Source: Brevundimonas sp. UBA5866 (GTDB lineage Bacteria; Pseudomonadota; Alphaproteobacteria; Caulobacterales; Caulobacteraceae). Taken from it: DNA of 64,000 bases. Below the pieces are notes generated by a model. The model searched no databases. It was not told where the DNA came from and was given only the letters and a program-made list of their open reading frames with translations. How positions within the stretch are numbered: position 1 is the stretch's first letter; every line of letters begins with the position of its first letter. The stretch spans positions 8,137 through 72,136 of the forward strand of contig NZ_DJFS01000018.1 in NCBI RefSeq assembly GCF_002432125.1, in the 5' to 3' direction. Positions 44,403 to 52,192 of this stretch are shown here, piece after piece. Both the position numbers and the translations under genes were made by a program.

Positions 44403-47400
44403 CTACTCTGGCAGTTGGGCGGCGAGGTGCGCGCGCGCACGCTCTATAGCCTCATCCAGCCGCGCCCGCGATGGCGTCGCCAGACGCTCCAGACCCAGCA
44501 GGCGGGACAGTTCGCGTGTCGGGTCCGGCTCTTCCAGCAGATCGCGGTGCGTGACAACGACGTGCGCCAGTTCGGCCAATGGAATATCCGCAACCGAACG
44601 CCGCGCGTCGTCTCCGACAGGCTGACGGTAGGGTACGAGATCGGACACGCTTCCAGCGGCCCACACGAATTCCCCGCTGGATTCAAATGTGAGGTCGCAG
44701 GTCTTCAGATGCATCTCGATACGCTCTCTGATCCTTGAACCAGTTTTCAGCCAGCCGTGAGCCCGAGCGATCCTCTGGCACAGAATGTCTTTCCGCACGG
44801 GGGCCTCGGTCGCCATGACCGCATCGATCATCGCTTGAAGCGTCGGGCGATAGACAAAGTCGTAAAAGCTGTCCGGATCGGCACTGAAGGAAGAAAGGTC
44901 GGTCAACCGATAGACCGGCGCATCCGTGGGCGGGGCAGCCGACGCGGCGCTGTGGGGTTCGTCCACGGGGCTGTCCGTAACCTTTTCGGGCTCTGGTTCA
45001 AAACCTGAGGGCACATCGGGCAGCAAAAGCGGATCATCGCGGATTTCCACGATGTCCTCGACCTCGTGACCCATGTCCCAGTGCGCCGTGGTCCGGGTGT
45101 CTTCGGCGCGGCGGTCACGGCATGCGGCCAGCAGGTCCTGCAGGTCTTTGTCCAGGCGCTCGGCGCAGGCGGCGTGGTCATGCCACCAGTCGGTGGACCA
45201 GACGCGCAGTATGTTCCAGCCCAGCCCCCTGAGAACCTGCTCGCGCACCTTGTCGCGGTCACGGGCGGTGGCTGCACTGTGATAGGTCGCGCCGTCGCAT
45301 TCCACACCCGCCAGATAGGCACCGGGCAGGTCGGGATGGCGCACGCCGAGGTCGATACGGAAGCCGGACATGCCGACTTGAGGCACGACGATCCAGCCGC
45401 GCTTTTCCAGTTCGGCGGCGACGGCTTCCTCGAACGGTGAATCAAACCCGCCCATAGAGTCCGTGGCTTGGGCCGCAAGGGCGATGCCGCCGCGTTCGGC
45501 ATAGTCGAGGAAGGTCTTCAGATGATGGACGGCCAGCGCCTTGGTGCGCGTGATGTCGATCTGGTCGGCGGTGAAGCCGGAGAAGACGATCAACTCCTGT
45601 CGTGCACGAGTCACGGCCACGTTCAGGCGCTTCTCGCCGCCCTCTTTGTTGAGCGCGCCGAAGTCCATTGTCAGCCTTCCGGCGGCATCCTTCCAGAAGG
45701 TGATCGAAAACAGGATCACATCGCGCTCATCACCCTGAACATTTTCAAGGTTCTTGACGATGGTGGGTTCGACCCGCTCCTCCGCGAAGAACCATTCCAG
45801 TTCCGGCTCATTACGCCGCGCCACGTCCAGCAGGTCCATGATCAGGCTCTGCTGCTGGGCGTTGAAGGTGATGACCCCCAGTGTCGGACGGCTGCTTTCC
45901 GGCAGGGCCAGCCATGAGCGCATGCGGAGGACGGCTTCGTCGGCGATGGCCTGGGCTTCAATGCGGTTGGTGCGCGACTTGCCTCGGTCGTAGATGCCGT
46001 TCGGAACCTTGCGCAGCTGTACCGCGCGGTCATCGACCTGTGGCGACGGGAAGGTGACCAGCCTGTTCTGGTAATAGTGATGGTTGGAGAAGGCGATCAG
46101 TGACTCGCTGCGGCTGCGATAGTGCCAGCGCAGGTCACGTACGGGGATGCCCGAGGCCTTGGCCTCGTCGAGGATGCTCTCCAGATCTTTTTCATGATCT
46201 TCGACGTCCTCCTCTTCTTCATTTCGGCCGAAGAAGCTGGTCGGCGGCAGCTGTTTGGGATCACCGACAATGATGGTTTGACGGGCGCGGGCGATGGCCC
46301 CGACGGCATCCCAGGTCGTGATCTGTGACGCCTCGTCAAAGATCACCACGTCGAACAGTGTCTGGTTCGGCGGGAAATACTGGGCGATCGACAGGGGTGA
46401 CATCAACATACAGGGGGCGAGTTTGCCGAAATAGTTCGGCATTCGCCCAATCATGTCGCGGATGGACTGGCTGGGGCGTTGCAGTTCCATCTGGTGGCGC
46501 AGCAGCCCCAGTTCGGAGTTGCGCGGCACGCTTTGGACCGGCGGAAGGTCGCGGTTCAGGGCGGCGATAACGCGCTGGGCCGCGTGTTTGCGCACCATGT
46601 CGTCGATCTCGCGGAACTCCGAGATCATGTTTTCATGCTGGAAGCGCCTGAAGCTATTGAGCTCCGGCACACTGTCCATCACCTGGGGCAGCCACCATCG
46701 GACATAGGCCAGGGTAAAGCGGGCACGGCTTTCTTCTGGCGGGATGTCACCGCGCTCCACCGCTTCGACCACGCTGGACAGGCCGTGCGCCACGGCCTGA
46801 CGGCGGGTGTGGCACCAGCTGGACCAGTTTCGCAGCAGACGCTTCTGCTGGTCCAGTTCATCCAACTGTCGGGACAGATCGGCCAGCCCGTCGGGGGTAT
46901 CTCCCCACGGGGGTGTACGCTCGGAAAGGGCGGCGAAGTCTTTCAGCGCGATGTTGAAGGCCTCTGTCGCCGCGATCAGGCGCTTGGCGACGGGGACGAC
47001 GTTGTCGCCCATGTGTTCAGACCCCAACCACTGGCTGATACGGGTGATCAGGGCGGATATGTCGGCAGTCTCGCGCCCCGGCAGACGCAGGGCCGCGCGC
47101 AGGCTGGCGGCGAGCTGGAGCCGATCGGCAACCTCCTGGATCGGCGTGTCGAGGCCGCGCACAGGCAGGGGCAGCCCGTTCAGTCCATTGGCCTCGATCA
47201 GGCCCAACTGTTCGCGCATTACCCGCAGCCGTCCCAGATCGGTGTCCGGATTGACGGTTCCGCTCTCGGCATAGGATTGCAGCAGGCGCGTGATCTTGCG
47301 GCGTCCCAGTGCGGACATCGGCCAGAAGGAGGCCGAGGCTTCGCGCCATTCGCGGTCCAGCCGGTCCAGCTCTATGGTAGCCAGCGACGAGGGCGTAAAG

Positions 47401-50348
47401 CGTGCCCCCATCTGCGCTTCGTTATCGCGATAGATGCCGATCGCGGCTTCGAGATTTTTCAGGTCTTCGGCACAGCGCCCATAGGCCTGATGGAAGGCGA
47501 TGGACACATCATGTCCTTCGGCCTGGACAAGGGCATGCGCCAAAGCCCTGCATGCCGTGAGTTCGGTCGATACCGGATGGTCTGCCGCCGACAGGCCCAG
47601 CGACTGGCGCAAGGCGTCCAGCGCATTTTCCAATACATCCGCCGCCGTACGCAGACCGCGACCGGACGCCAGCAGGGCGTCCTGCCTGCCGCTGGTCCAT
47701 TCGGCGATGTCGACCAGATGCAGCGACGGGTGCCGCTCGATCGAGGCGTAAACCTTGCCGAGCTGATCGGCGATGTCCTCGAGTTTGGCCAGTGTGACCG
47801 CGTCGACATCCTGCGGCTTGGGCCAGTCCAGAACGGGGGTGTAGACGTCCCTGTCACGCAGTTTCAGGCCAAGCGCGCGATAGGCGGTCCAGCCATTCGG
47901 ATAGGGGTGGTGCAGGGCCGTGACATAGGCGTTCAGCTGATCACGGCGAACCTTGAGGCGCTCGTTGATCGTGATCCATTCTTGGGCGTCAGTTTTGACG
48001 CTGTTCTCCCATGCCGCCTTGAGCTGGGACAGGAACTGCCTGCGGTCGGCCTTGTTCGAGTGCAGTTCGATACAGAAATCGCCGAGACCATGCTCTCGCA
48101 GACGGCGATAGACCACGTCGAGAGCGGCGGTCTTTTCAGCGACAAACAGTACCGATTTCCCGACCGCCAGACAGTTGGCGATCATATTGGCGATGGTCTG
48201 GCTCTTGCCGGTGCCGGGCGGGCCGACGATGACGAAGTCGCGCCCTTGTGCCGCGGCGAGGCTGGCCGCGGTCTGCGATGAATCCGACGGCAGAAGGCAG
48301 ACGATATCGGCCGGATCATAGGTCTGGTCGAGCGTGTTCTCGTCAATAAAGGTGCCAGACCCGTCGCCGCCATTTTCAAAGGGTTTGTCGGGCGTATCGA
48401 TCAGGTGTTTGACGACGCGGTTCTGACGAAGCGCATCGGTCCGTTCGACCAGATCCTTCCACATCAGGAATTTGGCGAACGAGAAGGTCGAGAGCGCGGC
48501 TTCGTCCACGACCTCCAGACCCGGCGCATCGCGGACGGCCAGACGCGCCGCGGCCAGAAGCTGCGGTACATCCACACCGTTGTCGTCCATCGGCAGGTCG
48601 GCGAGATGGTGCAGCTTCAGTTCGAACTCCCGCTCCAGAAACTGCAGCAGGGTCGAGTTGAAGCGCGGCTCGTCCTCGTGGAAACGGATACGGAACGGCG
48701 CATTGGCGCTGCGGCGCTCCAGCTTGACCGGCACGAGCAGAAGCGGGGCGCGATAGGTTTTCTGGTCTTCGGCCTTTCGCTTCCAGCGCAGGAAGCCGAC
48801 GGCCATGAACAGGGTGTTTGCGCCCCCTTCGGCCAAGTCGTTCTTGACCTGTCTGTGCAGGTCGATCAGGCGCGCGTTGAGCTGGGGCCCGTCCAGCGGA
48901 GAAGCCAGTTCGTCGCGCTGCAACGCCTCGGCGGCAAAGTGGCGCTGAATGTCGCGCCCGTGAACCTCGCGGTAGAGTTCGGCATCACGCTCTCCCAGAG
49001 GATTCTGTTCCGGCAGGGAGATGATCTGGACCGCCGCTCCCCCCGCCAGACGGTCTTCGAGATAGGCCACATCCGGGCAGATGAAGGGGATTGTCTTCTT
49101 CGTTTCCGGAAAGTTCAGCAGGCGGTTGCGCAGCGTCAGGTCCAGAAGCTTCTTCTGCCAACGGTCGATACGGCCCGAGGCGGTGGTGGGCTTTTGCTCG
49201 ACCTGGTCGCCGGCAAGATGATCAAAGGTCGGCGCTGCGGGCAACGGAAGGTCGCTGACGGGAACGGCTGCGTCATCGGCTTCCGTCATGGCGCGAGCCA
49301 TCGGCTGATGCGAGGCGAGGGGGGTAATCCCGCCACTGCGCGCGCGCCGCACATCGATGGACGCCACGAAGGCACCGGCCTCTTCCTCGCTCATGCGATT
49401 GTCCAGAGCGCGCTGCGCCTGTTCAAACGTCATGGCGGGGCGGTGGGTCACGCCCGTTGTCTCGAACACAATCATCTCGCGCGAGGCGAGCGCCTTGCGA
49501 ACCTCCATCTGGTCCGTTTCGATCGAGTTGGCGAAGGTTTTGGAGGTCAGCCACACACCCACGGCGGCATGGCCGTGGAACATCAACACAACGGGATGAA
49601 GGCCGGTGGCCTCCAGCGCGGAGGCGAACAGAAGCGTGGTATCGAGACAGGTGCCCAGCTTTTCCTGTTCGATCGTCAGGGGGCGGCGGACCTTCTGGCC
49701 GCGATGCTCGAAGCTCGCAGGGGGCTCGGCATAGAAAATGCCCATGCCGGTCACAGCAGAATAGACCGCAGCGGTCAGCATATAGGCGCGTTTGGGATCG
49801 TTGGTCTGATAGCCGTCAAGGCCGCTGGGCAGGCCGTGGGCCGCCAGCCGCTCTGCCGCCTTTCTCAGCACCCCCGAGATGGCCGGGTCATTGGGCATGA
49901 CAAAGGCGGGCAGCAGTTGCGCCATGTCATTCACACCGCCCCATTCATCGCGCGCCAGCAGGCGCACGGGGAAGGTCTGTTCCTGCAGAACCTCGGAGCC
50001 GCATGTCAGCCGCAGGGAAATTTCACCGCGCTCGGCCTCATTCAGTCCGGCCAGATAGTCGGCGTCCAGCACGATGCGACGGTCGGAAATCTGGATGCGG
50101 TCGAGGGGGAGGAGGCGGTCGATCTGCCAGACTTTCGGCCGCAGAAATGCCGGTGACGACACCAGCTCCAGCCGACAGTTCTCGTAGGTCGCCTCTCCGG
50201 GGTTCTGGATTTCAACCGACCGGAGAACGGGGACAGCGTTCTGATACGAAGCGTAGGTGAAGCTGCCAGCGATGTCGGCTGTGAAACCGGGCGTGCGAAC
50301 CTCGTGCAGGTCCTTTTCGGGCGCGCTGATTTCCTTGTCGATTTCCAC
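44403..50348 (-). CDS. 1981-aa multidomain protein: transglutaminase-like N-domain, DUF4011-like region, split Upf1-like SF1 helicase, Vsr/DUF559-like endonuclease, DUF3320-like tail (Hhe-like); first gene of the operon
   Basis: All motifs were read from the track translation and spot-checked on the DNA. TGase-like core: KLGTC(234)LDTTLLFASALEATGLHPVVLMFHGH(260)AAVGVWL...IVFE(296)TTG. DUF4011-like: RIDRWQKKLLDLTLRNRLLNF (aa ~392). Helicase: Walker A GPPGTGKS (709-716), Walker B VIFDEASQ (1335-1342), GDPKQLPPT, and motif VI RLNVAVTRAR (~1574-1583). Nuclease: FRID(1666)LGV...GVE(1683)CD(1685)GATYH. GTG start at 50348. Confidence 0.85.
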   Translation of the reverse strand: MEIDKEISAPEKDLHEVRTPGFTADIAGSFTYASYQNAVPVLRSVEIQNPGEATYENCRLELVSSPAFLRPKVWQIDRLLPLDRIQISDRRIVLDADYLAGLNEAERGEISLRLTCGSEVLQEQTFPVRLLARDEWGGVNDMAQLLPAFVMPNDPAISGVLRKAAERLAAHGLPSGLDGYQTNDPKRAYMLTAAVYSAVTGMGIFYAEPPASFEHRGQKVRRPLTIEQEKLGTCLDTTLLFASALEATGLHPVVLMFHGHAAVGVWLTSKTFANSIETDQMEVRKALASREMIVFETTGVTHRPAMTFEQAQRALDNRMSEEEAGAFVASIDVRRARSGGITPLASHQPMARAMTEADDAAVPVSDLPLPAAPTFDHLAGDQVEQKPTTASGRIDRWQKKLLDLTLRNRLLNFPETKKTIPFICPDVAYLEDRLAGGAAVQIISLPEQNPLGERDAELYREVHGRDIQRHFAAEALQRDELASPLDGPQLNARLIDLHRQVKNDLAEGGANTLFMAVGFLRWKRKAEDQKTYRAPLLLVPVKLERRSANAPFRIRFHEDEPRFNSTLLQFLEREFELKLHHLADLPMDDNGVDVPQLLAAARLAVRDAPGLEVVDEAALSTFSFAKFLMWKDLVERTDALRQNRVVKHLIDTPDKPFENGGDGSGTFIDENTLDQTYDPADIVCLLPSDSSQTAASLAAAQGRDFVIVGPPGTGKSQTIANMIANCLAVGKSVLFVAEKTAALDVVYRRLREHGLGDFCIELHSNKADRRQFLSQLKAAWENSVKTDAQEWITINERLKVRRDQLNAYVTALHHPYPNGWTAYRALGLKLRDRDVYTPVLDWPKPQDVDAVTLAKLEDIADQLGKVYASIERHPSLHLVDIAEWTSGRQDALLASGRGLRTAADVLENALDALRQSLGLSAADHPVSTELTACRALAHALVQAEGHDVSIAFHQAYGRCAEDLKNLEAAIGIYRDNEAQMGARFTPSSLATIELDRLDREWREASASFWPMSALGRRKITRLLQSYAESGTVNPDTDLGRLRVMREQLGLIEANGLNGLPLPVRGLDTPIQEVADRLQLAASLRAALRLPGRETADISALITRISQWLGSEHMGDNVVPVAKRLIAATEAFNIALKDFAALSERTPPWGDTPDGLADLSRQLDELDQQKRLLRNWSSWCHTRRQAVAHGLSSVVEAVERGDIPPEESRARFTLAYVRWWLPQVMDSVPELNSFRRFQHENMISEFREIDDMVRKHAAQRVIAALNRDLPPVQSVPRNSELGLLRHQMELQRPSQSIRDMIGRMPNYFGKLAPCMLMSPLSIAQYFPPNQTLFDVVIFDEASQITTWDAVGAIARARQTIIVGDPKQLPPTSFFGRNEEEEDVEDHEKDLESILDEAKASGIPVRDLRWHYRSRSESLIAFSNHHYYQNRLVTFPSPQVDDRAVQLRKVPNGIYDRGKSRTNRIEAQAIADEAVLRMRSWLALPESSRPTLGVITFNAQQQSLIMDLLDVARRNEPELEWFFAEERVEPTIVKNLENVQGDERDVILFSITFWKDAAGRLTMDFGALNKEGGEKRLNVAVTRARQELIVFSGFTADQIDITRTKALAVHHLKTFLDYAERGGIALAAQATDSMGGFDSPFEEAVAAELEKRGWIVVPQVGMSGFRIDLGVRHPDLPGAYLAGVECDGATYHSAATARDRDKVREQVLRGLGWNILRVWSTDWWHDHAACAERLDKDLQDLLAACRDRRAEDTRTTAHWDMGHEVEDIVEIRDDPLLLPDVPSGFEPEPEKVTDSPVDEPHSAASAAPPTDAPVYRLTDLSSFSADPDSFYDFVYRPTLQAMIDAVMATEAPVRKDILCQRIARAHGWLKTGSRIRERIEMHLKTCDLTFESSGEFVWAAGSVSDLVPYRQPVGDDARRSVADIPLAELAHVVVTHRDLLEEPDPTRELSRLLGLERLATPSRARLDEAIERARAHLAAQLPE
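45174..45443 (-). other. restriction-endonuclease-fold (Vsr/DUF559/MTES_1575-like) domain of the 1981-aa protein
   Basis: SPFEEAVAAELEKRGWIVVPQVGMSGFRIDLGVRHPDLPGAYLAGVECDGATYHSAATARDRDKVREQVLRGLGWNILRVWSTDWW. The D...ExD...(Y/H) pattern is typical of this fold. Confidence 0.65.
49329..50348 (-). other. N-terminal transglutaminase-like (papain-fold) domain region of the 1981-aa protein
   Basis: The Cys234 codon (TGT) was verified at 49647-49649 and the His260 codon (CAT) at 49569-49571. An acidic residue (Glu296) sits in the IVFETTG context where TGase-like proteins carry Asp. Confidence 0.6.
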
Positions 50349-50387
50349 CCTATTTCCCCCTAGTCCCCAGTGTCGGAATCCATGAAC

Positions 50388-50407
50388 CCTTTGTCAGATA
50401 TCAAAGG
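50388..50407. promoter_or_regulatory. inverted repeat CCTTTG-N8-CAAAGG upstream of the helicase-nuclease operon (candidate operator/promoter element)
   Basis: Read directly. It is centred about 50 bp upstream of the GTG at 50348, inside the only AT-rich patch of the 133-bp intergenic region. Confidence 0.3.
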
Positions 50408-50481
50408 TATTAAGGCTCTGTAAAATCAACCATAGATTGGGGGTTGGCTTTTTGAGGATGTGGAGGGGGCTGCGCTCCTGA

Positions 50482-52072
50482 CTAGAAAATCTTGCGTATT
50501 TCGAAGGTAACCGTTCGACCGAGCGGATCGAAATATGCGGATTGATAGTTGAGGGGCGTCCTGCCCGCTCCATCGCGCAATTCGATGCGGCTGTTCAGCA
50601 GATTGTCGATTTTCAGCGTGGCTCTTGCGCCCTTCAGCAAATCGGCCGCGCCGGTCCCCCGGAACTGTTCTGCAAGGTTCGCGAAGAGGCTGAGGTTGAG
50701 GCTTGTAAGATCGGAAAAGTCCAAAGCGTCGTCGGGACTGCCGAAACCGTTCGTCTCGCTTCCACTTTGCCATACGGCGCTCACACGCGCGCCCAGGCCG
50801 CGCCTGAAGGCACCGGCTTGAAGTTCCAGTTTGTGGCGACGGCTGCCGCCCCTGAAACTGAGGCCTGACCCGTCGAGCAGGTCCAGTGTGGTGCCACCGT
50901 CCTGAAGGCGGAGTTCATCCTTTAATCGCCATGTGTGGTAGAAGCTGATGAACAGACGGCTGCTCAACACTTCCATGCGTCGGGCCGCGGGGCTTCCCGG
51001 CAGGACCTCAACGACTACGACACCGGGCGGGAGCTTGCGCCTCATCTCCGCCTCGCTGGCGTAAACCCGACTCCCGTGGCTTTGCACGCCGGGCGGCAAA
51101 GGCGGTTGTGACCCAAGCATGCGCGTGAAGTTGAGCCCCCAACGCAGTTCCTACTGATCCGACCTCGAAAAATTCACTGGCCGACTGTCAATCGCCAGAA
51201 GGCGGCCATCGCTGTCGCGCGTGAAGCGGTCTGGAAACGCTGCCTCGATTTCGGGCGTAGCCGTCGGGAAGGGGGCGATAGGATTGTCGATCCGCGTCAC
51301 CACATAATCGACGCTGGCGGTGAAATCGGCCCTTGCGAACGGTTTGGCGTCCAGACCCAGGCTGAACACACGGCGGTTATCGGGCGAAAGAGCCGCATTG
51401 CCTCCGGACAGGCGGGTCACATCGACGACCTCGCCACGCGCGAAATCGAATACACGCAGGTTGGGCGTCAACTGAGGCGGAGCGCCCAGCTGCTCCAGCG
51501 TGGGGCCCCCTCTTCGTGGGTCGCCGATGCGATCAGATTGATCGTCGCAAGCGGCGACCAGTTGAGGCCATATCCATAGGTTTGCAGCGTCCCGAAGTCA
51601 GAAAGTTTCTCCAGATTGAAGTTCGCATTGACCGAAAGCGCAGCAAGGCGGCTTTCTTGCCCCTGGCCGATACCGAATACGGGCAGGGTGACAGATCCCT
51701 GCACGACGCCGGTTTCGCGGGACATCGTGTTGCGGCTCGCAAGGTCGGGACGGTTGGAGCTGTTTCTGGATTCTTGGGCTTCAAATCCGGCACGCATGGT
51801 GGCCGAGAGCGGGCCTGCGGGCAGTTGAAGCATGGGTCCGCTCAGAAGCAGATCGCTGTTGGCGCGGCTGTTGACCGCGCGTGACGTCTCGCGGAACGCC
51901 TGACGTCCTGCGATGTCCGACAGGGTCTCGGTATCATTGCGGCTATAGTTTCCGGTGAGCGTCCAACTCCATTCCCCGACCCGGCCGCCTTGCGTCGTTC
52001 CCATCTGGAGGATGCGCGTTTCGCTGTCCCGCACCAGGGCCGTGGTGGCTTCCGGCCCTAAAAAGGGATGTC
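50482..52072 (-). pseudogene. decayed TonB-dependent receptor (C-terminal ~530 codons only; one frameshift, one in-frame stop, 5' truncation)
   Basis: Three consecutive minus-strand ORFs (51468..52034, 51151..51471, 50482..51120) read as one beta-barrel ending TVTFEIRKIF. The in-frame TAG is at 51151-51153. A +1/-1 shift lies near the G4C5 run at 51502-51510; restoring the frame gives HEEGAPTLEQLGAPPQLTPNLRVFDF. No signal peptide or plug is present, and the reading frame hits TGA at repeat copy A. Confidence 0.75.
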
Positions 52073-52074
52073 GG

Positions 52075-52192
52075 GACCACTTAAGACCTGCTCACATAGA
52101 GCCCGCCATCGTTGGGCTTTGAAAATATGACCAGATAAGGCGACCACTTAAGAGCTGCTCAAATTGGATCGAAACCACTTAAGACCTGCTCA
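52075..52192 (+). repeat. three direct copies of a 20-bp motif (G/A)ACCACTTAAGA(C/G)CTGCTCA
   Basis: Copy A is at 52075-52094, copy B at 52142-52161 (one mismatch) and copy C at 52173-52192. Spacers are 47 and 11 bp. Each copy ends in CA-3' on the plus strand. Confidence 0.9.
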
